NCBI RefSeq assembly: GCF_001194135.2
Contig: NC_069000.1
Location: forward strand, 18,438,573-18,502,572
DNA from: Octopus bimaculoides
Taxonomy: Eukaryota
Direction: 5' to 3'
Length of the DNA: 64,000 bases
Below the pieces are notes generated by a model. The model ran no database searches and had not been told where the DNA came from. It saw nothing but the letters and a program-made list of their open reading frames with translations. Positions 23,561 to 64,000 of the stretch are shown piece by piece. Both the position numbers and the translations under genes were made by a program. Each line of letters starts with the position of its first letter. The first letter of the stretch is position 1.

Positions 23561-23894
23561 CACTACACTCTCAGAGTGGTTGGCGTTAGGAAGGGCATCC
23601 AACTGTAGAAACCTTGACAGATCAGATTGGAGCCTGGTGCAGCCTCCTGACTTGCCAGTCCTCAGTCAAACCATCCAACCCATGCTAGCATGGACATGGA
23701 AAGTGGATGTTAAACGACGACAACGATGATGATGATACATATATATATATATCAATTTTGTTTTTCATCCTTTTGTAGGGGATAAAACAAGTACCAGTTG
23801 AGTACCAGGATCAATGTAATTAACTTCACCCCACTCCTTAAACTGCTGGCCTTGTGCCAAAATTTGAAATTATCATCATCATCATTATTATTTG

Positions 23895-24100
23895 AAGGTG
23901 GCAGAATCAATAGTACACCGGGCAAAAAGCTTAGCGGCATTTCATCTGTTTTTGCATTCTGAGTTCAAATTCTGCTGTGGTTGACTTTGCCTTTCATCCT
24001 TGTCAGGGTCAATAAAATAAGTACCAGTTGAATACTAGGGTCGATGTAATCAACTTACCCCTACTCTGAAATCACTGGCCTTGTGCCAAAATTTGAAACC
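23895..24100 (+). mobile_element. SINE with Nin/Deu-like central domain
   Basis: gagttcaaattc...ttgcctttcatcct...gtcaataaaataagtaccag...ggccttgtgccaaaatttgaaac. Related copies at about 29215-29340, 30630-30820, 30910-31040, 33400-33625, 39000-39200, 49490-49690, 56600-56760 and 61680-61880. Confidence 0.7.
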
Positions 24101-25242
24101 ATCGTTATTATTATTATATGTACACATACACGCACACTTACAAAGAAAAGCAACATAGCTGTTTCTATACACACATACATACACATTTATAAATAGCATT
24201 ATTGTAACTTACTGAGATTTAGAAAATCAGATAAGTTAGAACTCATTTTACTATTCACTTTACATGCAGTAGGTGCCCATAGGTATTATTTTCCCAGTTA
24301 TTCTTTTAATATATCCTGCCACTCAAGATAATTCACTTAACTCCTATATCTACCCTGACCATTGACAGTAACGTTGAAACTATATACTTCAATAAGCTCT
24401 AATAATACTGAAAAATATTCAGAATATCACTGTCCTGACTAATATGGCACCAATTTTATTTAATTTATTCGAATTTGTTTAACAATAAGAAATTCTTATT
24501 GTTTTCCCTTACACCACACTATATATTCTATATGTATTGCAAAATAATACATTACGGAGCTTTTTTTTATGAATACTACTGGATTGCTTGAGTCTATATA
24601 TTGTGACTTAAATACATATATATATACACACACAGTGCAAGCAACTATGTGGTACTAATTCCAGTCCCACTGTGCAGCACATTGAGCAGGTATCTTCTTG
24701 TATTGCACTGGGCCGACTGATACCATGTGAGTGAAGTTAGTGGATAGAAACTCATTATGTATGTATACATACATACATACATACAGAGATATACATACAC
24801 ATATTTTACATCCTTACAAAGCAGTGATAATCAAAATACAGGTGTATATTTACTTTTTACACACTCCTGTTAAGAATGCAAAAAGCACTTGGTACAGGGT
24901 TGTTTCAGAAATAAAATTTGCTTTTAGTAGACTTATGTATGCAAAGACACATCAAACTGAGCCAGGAACAGTGTTGACAAATCACCAAACAAAACTCCTG
25001 TGCCAAATGCCTCTCATTCTGTACACATTTTTATCTTGATCCTTGCTACATTGTGTACATATACTAAATTCCAGATTGGCAAGCCAAGTGTAGCATGGAC
25101 CAACAAACATACTGATTGCTAGTTTACACACACATATACATTTTTGTCAAGGAACAAAAGTTACGGCTTGGTTTTAAATGACTAAAAAGGCAAAATTACA
25201 TCAAAGCAATCAGCTGACATTATTTGGAGATTAGCTCAACAC

Positions 25243-25274
<32 letters not shown>

Positions 25275-25344
25275 GGTAGGTAGGTAGGTAGATGAGGACA
25301 GCATACTTCTGTATGCAAAAGGCATTCACTGTGGTATTTTGTCT

Positions 25345-26212
25345 TTAACCCTGGTGGAACAAAATCCAATCATGACTGTTGAGGAACTAGCAGAGAAACT
25401 TGGAATTGGTCATTCAACCATTTATCAACACCTGCATGCCATCAGAAAAGTTAGAAAATTGGGTCAATGTGTTCGTCACAAACTTTCTAAGTCTAATCAC
25501 ACATAGAGAGTGAATATGTTCTCTTCTTTGCTATCACGTCTCATGAATGAACCTTTTTTGGGGCTGAATAATGACTGGTGACAAAGAACAGGTTTTCTAT
25601 AAAAATATGACGTGTTGAAGACAGTGGGTAGGGAAAGGAGAAACACAAGTACCCCAGGCTAAACAAGGTCTTTATCCATATAAGGTGTTATCTGTTTGGT
25701 GAAGGTTTAGTCCACTTTGAACTTTTAAACTTAAACCAAATGACAACAAAGGAGATCCACTGCAAGGAGCTGGAGTGGCTTAAGTCAGCACTAGAAGAAA
25801 AATTACCATCTTTGGTTTCAAGACGAAAGGTGTTCTTCCATCAGGATAATGCTCGGCCACATACAGCAAGGATGACATTCTAAAGGCTGGAGCAGTTTGA
25901 ATGAGAAACGATGCCCCATCCACCATATTCACTAGACATTGCCCCAATCTGATTATCACTTATTCCGCAGTCTTCAAAATCATTTGGATGGAAAAAGTAT
26001 GAATTCTGTAGACAAGGTCAGAACAGCACTGGAGGAGTATTTTTCATCACAGACAAGTGGATTTTGGAAGAGGGGCCTTGCAAATCTACCAGATAGATAG
26101 AACATTGTAGAAAATGAAGGAGAGTATATTTTAGATTAAAAGAGAACTTTATCTTAATTTTGAAAAAGAAAAAAGTGTAAAAAAACCACATTATTTATGG
26201 GATGATCCAATA
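25345..26212 (+). mobile_element. Decayed, 5'-truncated mariner transposon
   Basis: TVEELAEKLG, IMTGDK, HQDNARPHTA and HPPYSLDIAP remnants; right TIR aaaaaaccacattatttatgggatgatcca followed by TA. Confidence 0.9.
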
Positions 26213-27787
26213 TATATATATACATATATAAACACACACACACACACACACACACACGTGGCACTCACACCAGTGAGATCAGTGATATTCAGCCAGTTAA
26301 TTTTGCTGTATAAAGGTCATTGTAGTTGCAGCATATATAAAGCAGGGCTGTGTTTTAGTAATATTCAACAAGCATGTTTCGGGGAATAGAAGGCATTATA
26401 GTAAATGTATAAGAGTAAGAATTGTGGTGGTGTGTAACAGTGATAGTTATTGAACTAATTCAGAAGTGATATAAAGAAGTCAGATGGAGACAAGATGCAA
26501 TACCATGTTGATCTTACAACCCATATTGTGGACTTTACTGTCAGAGATGAATTATGAGGATTTTGCAATTTCTTGCTGAATAGCCAGCACAGATTTGTTT
26601 ATAATGATCAAATATTTGTGGTGTACATTAGCTCTCTCTCTCCCATTAAATCGACACGGCCTGTACAGGTGCACAATGTGCCACAAGTCAGATGAAGTGA
26701 TGGCAGAGCAATGCACGTTGAAGTGTTGTACTCAAGAACAAAACACGGTACCCAGTTTTAGAAATAGAAACTACAATCTTGCAATCATAAGTGCAACACC
26801 ACAAACACTAGGCTATGATCTCTCAGTCAAATGATACTATAGATGCAGGCATGGCTGTGTTGTAAGAAGCTAGTTTCCAAACCACATGGTTCTGGGTTCA
26901 GACCCATTGTGTGACACCTAGGAAATGTCTTCTATTTTAGCCTTTTGAGTGGATTTGGTAGGTAGAAACTGAAAGAGGCATGTATGTGTGCATGTGTATT
27001 TGTATCTCATCACTGCTTTTGGTCTGTATACTTCCTTATAACTCAGCAGTTTGGCAAAAAGAGACCAACAGAATAAATACCAGACTTCAAAAAAAAAAAA
27101 AAGTTCTTGGTGGTGTTCTTCAAGGCAGTGCCCCAAACTGCTGTCCTCATTCACTAATAAACTAGCAGTTAATCTCAACCAAAATTAATCCACCAAATTA
27201 TTCTCAGTTATTTTTAAGCTTTCAAAATAAGCTTCATTCACTTTCACACATATTTACACAACCTCTTAACCATTTTTTTAATCCATCTTCTAAATTGTTC
27301 AGTGCTGAATTGAACACTGCCCAAATCTCTCATCTCATCATCAGTCTAATGACTGAAACAGAGAAAAGATAGACAGGTAACTATAATAAAGTTAAACAAC
27401 CATCAATAGACAAATTAACAATTTTTTTTCCCTTTTTATTTTTAATTCAAATAAAAATACAGTCACTTTTTTTGTTCTTGGTTATAAATACTGAATCTTT
27501 ACACCAAAAATTTAAATCATATTGTTTTTTTTTTTTCAATTTTATTTTACAAAAAACATGTAAATGATAACTACACTCTTGAATTACAAGTGTATAGTGT
27601 ATGTGATAAACAAGATTATATAGCCATACCTAAAGGTTTCATGCAACCAGATTTCATTGGTAGACTATAAATCAGTGAGCTGAAAATGAAAGTTTCATGG
27701 TCACATGCATACACATACATGTGTGTGTGTGTGTATGGATGTATACAATAAGTGTGTGTGCTGTGTGCACATAAGTGAGACATTGAG

Positions 27788-27845
<58 letters not shown>

Positions 27846-30800
27846 AAATACTATAAAAATACATGTAATTAAATGAAATGCATATAATGCACTTTAAAAA
27901 GGTCTTCAAAAAGTAATTCGGAAAATACTTTGATCATATGCAAATATATGTATGCGTTTGTGCACGTTTTTTTTGTGTGTTTTTTGTCTGTCAGGAATTC
28001 AGAGAAAATAAAATGTATCCGTTTTATTTTCACATTAAAAATTTTATGAAACAAGAAGGCACCAAGATTGTAAGGTGTGTGTGTGTGTTTGTGTGCATAT
28101 GAGTTTTATTTTACCAAATGAGTTCTCTTTTGTTGTTTTTATGTTCTGCAATATTTTAATAAATTCAAATATTAGCAGATGCAATTGTTTGAAGTAATAT
28201 ATATATATATTATTTTTTGCCTAATTAGTTTGATGCTGCCTTCTTTTATAATAATTCATGAAGTGAAAATGAAAACACTTGGTTTATGTTTTTTTGCGGG
28301 GATTGGTAAAGGCAACTAAAAAATATGTTTAGGAATCACAAAAAAAAAATGATAGCTGCCATCTGTATGAAAAACAGACAAGTTAATGTTATAATATTTA
28401 ACCTTCCCTTGAATATATTTCTAGTGAAATTAATAATGAATTTGGAGGGATTCAATAAAAGAACACTTTCATTGTTAAGCTGGTGTTGGAGACAAAATAT
28501 TTTTACCACACACACACACGTGTGTGTGTGTGCATATATATAGATAAAATTCTTTAAGTAGAACTCATTTATTTATTTTAGGCAGATGATTAATTCCATC
28601 AATACCCAGAGTTTCTCAACGAATGCAATCATTTAAGAAAAACTTGTTACATTATTGCACTTTGTCAGAAACTTAATAGTGACGAAGTGAATCATTAGTT
28701 TAATAAAAATTATATATTACACGCACACAAAATATATCTATACACACACACGTGTGTGTGTGTGCATATACATGTGTGTACATGTCTAGACATAACAATG
28801 ATATCAAACACTCAAAAGTACCGATTGACAAAGTATCAGCCATCAATATATTTTAGCTTGTTAACATATGTGTACGAGTGTAGACCACATAGATATTGAA
28901 AAAGAAAAATTAATTTGGGAGCAATTTTTAAAGCTATATAAAGACTATAGCAGCCCTGTAGTATTGCAAAAACTTAAAACAAATAATAATTTCTGCAGCC
29001 AGGCAGCAAACCTGTAAGAGTAGCAAAGACAATAATAACAAAAAAAAATGCCACCTGTCATGTATTTAAAAATGAAACAATTGCATTATTTATTAAATTT
29101 GCCCTCATAACTCAGTAAACATAAAGTTATAAAAAAATAAAAAGTGGTTTATTATAACATAATAGTAACTGTTAACAAACTTTTATTAGTTTTGCCCACT
29201 GCTAATAATAATAATAGGCACAAGTCCAGAAAATTTAGGGAAGGAAACAGTCAATTATATCAACCCCAGTACGTCACTGGTACTCAGAAACTTAAGAGCT
29301 AAAATTGACCTCAGTGGAATTTTAAAGTAGAATGTAAAGAACCAGAAGAAATGCTGCAAAGTATTTTGTCCAATATTCTAACGATTCTACTAATCCACCA
29401 CCTTTCCAAAAATAATTCTTTGTAATATAGGCACAAGGCTAGCAATTTTGCTGGTTGGAGATTCGTTAATTTTAATTGGTCCAGTCCATGACTGGCACTT
29501 AATTTTACCAAATCTGGAGATATGAAACGCAAAGTTAACCATGGCAAAATCTGAACCCAGAACAATAAATTCACTACTTTATAATTAATTTCAAAGATTG
29601 GCACAAGGTCATAAAATTCAGTGACAGCAAGAAACAACCAATGCAACTGACCCCCCCCCTACTCCCACCCACATCAACCCTGAAAGGGTAAAAAGCAAAA
29701 GCCAGCCTTGGTAGCATTTGAACTCTGATCATAATCATCATTTAATGACCATATTCCATGCTGGCATGGGTTGGACTAAAAGATACCACAAAATTGACTT
29801 TTTACTGCCTTTCACAACAGTAACAATTTTTAAAACAGGCCCACAACAATTAAGGAAAGGGGTATAGTGGATTTTTATTGATTTCCACTCCAACAAAAAG
29901 AGGAGAATCAGAGGAGGATCTGAAATCAGAACACAAAGAGACTCATCTCACTAAGGCATTTTATCTGATGCTCAATTCTACCAATCCAATAACAATCTCT
30001 CACATTTGCAACAGTCACTAATTCGAAGTAAGTTAGCGTTTACTGGGCTGGACAGTATATTATTGGTGCTTGTTTTTTATTCCTACCATGGCACCAACAC
30101 CATAATCACAACACAATTCAACCCTCTTGACTGTCGTTGTGATTGCCATCATCATTAACATCGTTTTTACATCCATGTTTTCCATGCTAGCACAGTTAGG
30201 AAGGGATATTTTTTTGAGGTAGTGTTTTCTGGCCAGATGTCCTTTCTGATACAAAACGTTTTAGTCACTTTTTACAACACTCTGGGATAAAGTGTTCCTA
30301 TTTTAAAAACCAAAGATACACTGAACATTTTTACTGAAATTACATTAAAACCTCCATTACATAGTAGTTAAGGTTATATGGAGCAAACTCCTTAACCACA
30401 TGGGTGAGTATGTTTTACAAGTGATATATATATATATGTTCATATGATGATATCTCCACAATGTGTTGATGAGATAAACATGTAATCGCTACCAAAATAT
30501 CAAGAGATTTCTCCCCAAAGGTCTATAGTAGACTCCTTATGGATCGATCTCCTTGGTTCTATATCAAAAATTTAAATGAGAGTTTTGATATATATATATA
30601 GTAGTTAGTAATTATGCATTAGCAGTCATGCAGGGCAAAATGCTTAGCAACATTTCGTCTGTCTCTACATTCTGAGATCAAATTCCACTAAGGAACAACT
30701 TTGCCTTTCATCTTACCAGGGTCAATAAAATAAGTTACCAGTTGAGAACTGGGGGCCCAATGTAATTGATTTGCCTCCTCCCGCAAACTTGCTGGCCTTG

Positions 30801-31245
30801 TGCCAGAATTTGAAACCAATAATTAATTAGTAGTATTAACATTGCATCTCCTGAGTAATAATAGGACTTGAAATGTTTCTCAAATAATTTCTAACATAAA
30901 CAGAACCATACTTCAGTCATTCTTTATTTCATTGATCCTTGAAGGAAGAAAGGCAATGTTGACTTTAGCAATATTTGAACCCAGAACATAAAAAAAGGCT
31001 GCAAGGCATTTAATGTGATGCTTTAGTAATTCTACCAATCTGCCATACTGAGAAATAATAATTACAAGTAAAAATAAATGAAAGATAAAGAAAAAGTAAA
31101 ATGAATAATTAAAACTGTGATGACATGGGTGGAATATTTTGTGATCTATGTGGTATTTTAAACCCTGAGAGTGAGCAGTATGATTCCCTTGGATGAGGAC
31201 AATGGTAAAGACATCTTGACAATGTCTTTAATAAGATCCCTTTTC

Positions 31246-31300
<55 letters not shown>

Positions 31301-31568
31301 GAAGAACCACTTTTCACCATTACCATCACTGCTCTATACCTACCATTGGAAAAGAGATATTGAAATGGTGAAGAGGAAGAGGAGCATACAAACCTATTTA
31401 TAAAGATAGGAATGAACATTTATATGGAATGGTGTGATAACTGTGATGATGACAGTGAGAATAGTGGTGGTGATGGTAGTAGTAGTTGTAGTAGTAGTAA
31501 TAGTAGGCATAAGTGGCTGTTGAAGATATGTTTTAAGAGGTGAAGAGAAGAGACAAATGCCTGAGGTA

Positions 31569-58890
<27,322 letters not shown>

Positions 58891-59581
58891 GTGTAACTGC
58901 AGGCGAAAGCACCACGATAAATTGGGTTGTCGGCGCACAGTACGCTGGGTAGATCCTCTTTATCTCGTTTTCGTCCCTACCTTTTTTTTTTTTTCTTTCA
59001 CTAATATGAGCTGTTGCAATTTTTTGCTTCTTCTCTTAACCCTCACTTTTCTTTATTTGCTTCTTATTTCTTTTTCCTTTTACTTATTCCTCCATCTTTT
59101 CTTCTCTTTCTTTTCCCAGTCGTTGTTGTCTTTCATTTCGCCTTCATCCTCACTCCCATTATCACCTCTCTCTCTCTCACTTTTTGTTTTCCTTTCCTGC
59201 TCTCATTCTTTCTTTCACTCTTACTCTTTTATTTTATTCCCTCCTTCTTTTACTTATAATTGCTTTTTTCACTCTTCCTCCTCCTCGTACGTCATCTCCC
59301 CTTCGTTCCCACTCCAGTGATTTTTAAGTTTGTCACCTTTTGTTTGCCTTTCTTCCTTTCATTTTTCTCTCACACATATTCCTCCCTTTTTACACTACTT
59401 TTTTCTCGTCGTTATCGTTCTTCTTCCTTTTCTCTACTGTCATAATTCCTCTTTCTTTCTTTTTCTCTCTCCCTATCACACTCTTTATCTCATGCTCCTC
59501 CTCTTTTTTGTTATTTTTTAACTCATCTTTCTTTCTATTATTACCGCCGGTTCTCCCCCTCTTTCTTTCATTCATACTTAC

Positions 59582-59750
59582 CTTAGAAGAAAGAGCATGA
59601 GGTGAAGGAGAAGTTGAAATAGTAAAGGTAAATGAGATAGAGAGAAGCGTAGAGGAAAAAGAAAGCTAAGCAGACAACGAGAAAACCACTCACTCCGTAC
59701 TTCTCTCATTCTTCTGTCTCCTGCTGCTGCTACTCTTTTTCTTTCATTCA
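59582..59750 (-). other. Candidate non-coding 5' exon of E2F4/5 copy B (5' end undefined)
   Basis: Consensus donor TAAG|gtaagt at 59582/59581 pairs with the acceptor 6 nt before the ATG (58896), defining a 685-nt purine-rich intron. Confidence 0.5.
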
Positions 59751-62700
59751 TATTTTTCTTACTTCTCCTGATGTCTGTGTATATGTATTTCTTCAGAAGT
59801 ATACTAGTATGTGTGTGAGAATGCTTATATAAATATGCATGCGTATTTAGAGAGTATGTGATATATCTTTCCTCTTGGGTGTTTTCATTAATAATCCAAG
59901 CCTTCTCTTCCTTTTTACGAGGCAACTTCAACATCGTCACTCCGACATGCCTCATATGCAGCAGCCATATATATCCCTCAAAGGTTCTTTTGCGGGAACC
60001 ACATGGTTTTAAATCCAAAATCTTGAAATCGGTAGTCACTTGATAGAGTGATTCTAAAACATACTAATGAACCGGCCGTTCTCTTCACCCTTCCCCCCCC
60101 CCTTTTTACTGGGGAAGGGATCAATCCAAAACCTTAATAACTTTGATTTTGCGGTCCATGACATACACTAGAGACCATTTATTTCCAATCCGATTCTTAC
60201 TGATACAGCCAGACCAGCATTGTGTACAAACTTTTGTGACAATCCTTATTTACTACTCAAGTTCAAACCAACAAGGAAGTCTATAGCCAAGCTTGCTAGA
60301 AAAAGCAAGCAAATCTCCTTCTAAGCGCACCCCACTGTATTATCAAAAGAAGGACACATTAGATAACGTGGACCTTATCAGTGTCGGATTTAGATGAACA
60401 GAGGTTACTTCATTTGTGAGGCCCCTATTTACAGGCTGTGATGGTGTCAAATTCATTATACCCTTTCGCCGTAGGCCGCCTAGATTTTGAGGCACAAGTT
60501 CTCGTACAGTTTCTGAAAAAAAAAAAAAAAATAAATAAATAAAGACACTGGATGGTTACGGCTGGAACGCATCTGATCATCATAGGTCTATTCATGCTGG
60601 TCGATACGGAATTACGGGTATATCTACCTCCTGCCATGATTTGTTTGTTTTCCTAGCATGTAATTACTTTCTTTAATTCTCTTTCGTCTCTCGATAACGA
60701 GTGTAACGATGTTGAGAAATGTGAAGGTTACTATTATTGATCAACACTGATCCAGCACACATACGATAAAAAGCATTCCATACGTGATTATTCCATCATT
60801 ACTTTCAACGATTTTGTATCCAAAGTGTTCTTCATATTTTCAAACGGCAGGAAGACTTTTTTTTAACTGCTGTTTCTAGCAGTTTGAGTAACCATATAGA
60901 AGCACTAGCGTGTGTGTGAAACGTAACTGGTTTTTATGTTGATTTGGTTTTATTCTAATCTACAACACAAAGTGTCAGGCTATTAAATAATTTTCTTTCT
61001 ATTTCTCTAATTGCTAAATGACTCCGGACTTGACTTTGATCAACATCAGTAGATAGTCTTTTACTTACAAAATATTTGGTAAAATGTAAAGAAAGAAAGA
61101 AAAAAGACAAAGGCCATGAATACAATAAGCCAAAGGCATTTGTTTGAATTTACTGCAAACAAAAAGTGAATATTTTCCCCCAAGAAAAGTACTATATGAT
61201 TAAAAAAAAAAATTTGGAAATCGTTTATGTAAATATTTTTAAAAGGGTGTCAGGGGATTATTTATATTACAAATGGGTCGCAATGGTAAAAAGTTGAGAA
61301 TGCTTCTTTTTTATTTCTTTTTCTGCAAACACAGAACCTTAAATCTTCAGATATGTTAAATGAGGAGGAACTACTCCAGTGTTTCTTATGACTTTGACAA
61401 CGATTACCATAGACACTGACCCAAGAAATAGATTTTTTTTTATGGTAATGTATTTAGGGTTCGTAGACTAGAAGGTAAAAAAAAAATTTAATCTGGGATA
61501 ATATATATTTGACATTCAATCGAGTGCGTACTGTTCCTTATTGTTAAAAACTTAAGGACGGCCTGAATGTGGAGCTGTGACCTTTAAAATCTGTTTTCGT
61601 GTCTTCTGAAAAATGTCATTGCTGATGCCCTACGCTCACTAATTTTCTTCTTTTCTATTGAACTAATTGTTTCTAATTTAGGTGCAAAAGCCATCAATTT
61701 TAAAGGGGTTAGTGGAGTATATTGATCCCCGTACTTAACTGGGACTTTATTTTGTCATACCCAAAAGGATAAAAGGCAAAATGTGACCTCGGAAGGATTT
61801 GAACTCAGACTATAAAAAGACGGATTCAATGGCACACGGCAATTCTTCCAACGCTCCAATGATTCTACTAATCCACCGCCCTATATCATTCTAATAATGA
61901 TAATTTCTAACACAGGTTTAAAGCCGTGAATTTGATGGGGGGGGGGGGCTAATAGACTGAATCAACCTCGTCCCTTAATCGGTACTTTATTGACCGCGGA
62001 AGAACTTTATACAAATGATTTCTAAAACATATTTAAAGCCCCACGATTTGGGGCGTAGTCTATTAAATCGATCCGTGTACTATATTTTTATTGAACTTTG
62101 AGGAATGAAACGAAAACATTCGACGTTGGTTAGATTTCAACTCAGAACTTCAGTATTATAATTATATCCCTTTGGACATAATTAACTACCAAAAAGCCAT
62201 TTTTACTGATACTTGATTCTTCAACTCCACAGCTCTAGGCTTTAGGCACAAGGAAGAGATAGACTTGTATTTGTTGTTGGTTAGCCAAAAATCAAGCGTG
62301 ATCGAGCAGACATGTGATCAATAGCATTCCAGCTGTGACTACACCATCTTTCCTTGTTTCAGACAGCAGGGTGTGTGGTTTTAAAAAAAGATTTGCCTAT
62401 TATTTGTAGCAGGTCAAACGACCACAAAGTCTCTCTGACTTGGACTGCCGGGAGTTATAGAGTTTATTGAAGCAAACGTTACTGGACGGATAAAAAAGTA
62501 ACTTCATACAGCAATCAATCTGTGTTCGAGTATTACGTGAATATATTCATCAAATATATTTTTCAGTTGAACAATATTTTTTTCAACCTAGGCCGACTTT
62601 GCCTTTTAATCTATCTGGGATTATTGAAACAATTAGCAATAGTTCTACATACTAAATACATGTATGCTATATGTAATATAGTAATTTGAAAAACCTTTAG

Positions 62701-63039
62701 TAGAAACGTTTAAGCACTTTTGACAACACCATTGGTTTGGTTCTGGTTTTTAAAGCCAGCTGGTGAAAGCAATAAAGATACTTTAGTCTTAGAGTTCCAC
62801 AACCAAGCAAGTTTTACTCAGCTGACATGACAAAGAGAGATCAATGTGTGTGTGTGTGTGTGCCACTTTCACCCTCCCTTTTAAAATGTGAGTATTCAAT
62901 TGACTACTCTTCCTTGTGTCAGCCAGTATGACATCTCAATATCTACGATCCATTGACCATTCTGCAAAATATTTTTTTCAAAATTGTTATAAAAAGGTAA
63001 AAACAAAATGTTTTAACATATTCATCTCTATACCTTTGA

Positions 63040-63425
63040 GTTTGTTGGACTGTTGATACTAACTTTGGTCTCCCAGTAGAATGGCTCTGAATGTTACACG
63101 GAGAGCTCATTTAACCAATGAGCAGCTTTATCAAGATCTATCCAAAGTGACTGAGAAGATTCAGCAGAGAAGAATGAGAATTGCTGGTCATTGCATCAGG
63201 CACTCAGAAGAACCTGTGTGTCAACTGGTCTTATGGCAGTCAGTTGAAGGAAGAATCAGTAAGGGAAGAAAATGGCTAACCTATGTGGAGAACTTGCTTC
63301 AGGACAGTGGAATGGCAAATATTGACAAATTAAGAGCATGCATAGGGGACTGTGGTGGGTAGTGTGCTCACATGAAATCATTGAAGCATCCAGGAGATTG
63401 GCAAAACTAGACTAAACTAAACTAA
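63040..63425 (+). mobile_element. RTE-clade LINE 3' fragment
   Basis: HLTNEQLY...IQQRRMRIAGHCIRH...LVLWQ..GRISKGRK..TYVENL and an (ACTAA)n tail. Confidence 0.85.
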
Positions 63426-64000
63426 GTAAATTTAACCCGTAACATTCCTGTTTAACATGCCTGTCTGACCTTTAAGGTCTCTGGTCTGAAAATAACTTCC
63501 TCTTGTCCAACCACCAGTTTCAAGGTTCTCTCTATCATTCTTTGACTAGTCATAAAAAGAAACTAAAAACAAAAAATTTTTAATCAACTAGGAAAATATT
63601 TCACAAAGCAGCTGGCTTACATGAAAGATTTGAGCGACTCAAAACATTTTTTTGAAAATTATTCCTCACTGATGATGAGCTGATTTGTTTTAATTAATAT
63701 TAAAACTGTTTGGACAATTAACTTCATCCTCAAAGTTAATACATACATGCATGCATGTATGTATGTAGTTCCAGACTGGATTTGAAAGAAGAAATTTTAT
63801 TTCTAAAGAAGGAATAGTCTGCGATTTCCTTACCCATGAAGATAGTGTTTGAATCCAATTTGAAATCATGTACGTATTCAGTAATATTAAATCTGAAAAT
63901 GAATAGTGATCAAACCAACTGAAACATCATGTAAATCATCAAATATTGTAAATATTTAGCTGAAAGAAGAAAGTGTTGATTGTGAAAAATGTATAATTAC

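Overview
AT-rich, microsatellite- and SINE-dense animal genomic DNA with six assembly gaps (6810-7330, 9483-9492, 11635-12290, 41349-41737, 44949-45319, 51100-51333). The SINE repertoire looks like Octopus (inference from recalled repeat families, not a database search). The supplied ORF track is mostly noise, but reading the minus strand by hand reveals two tandem E2F4/5-type transcription-factor genes about 40 kb apart. Copy B is complete: 9 coding exons from 58890 to 31569, 368 aa, with DNA-binding domain, coiled-coil/marked box and C-terminal pocket-protein-binding motif. Copy A is partial: exon 1 at 19087-18968 and exon 2 at 1190-1081, continuing off the left edge. Main points for a second look: (1) the duplication itself, with a canonical copy A and a divergent copy B; (2) exon 1 of the two copies differs at 34/120 nt but exon 2 at only 2/110 nt, pointing to gene conversion; (3) intron 3 of copy B overlays a U2 GT-AG pair on U12-like AT-termini at the position where E2F genes carry a minor-spliceosome intron; (4) two E2F+ETS promoter-like modules associated with copy A; (5) a MITE carrying telomeric repeats 0.3 kb upstream of the copy A start codon; (6) hammerhead-like, Penelope-type repeats including a 188-bp-arm intronic hairpin. 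The rest is decayed mariner and RTE elements, SINEs, MITEs and simple repeats. Repeat boundaries are approximate unless a TSD is quoted.
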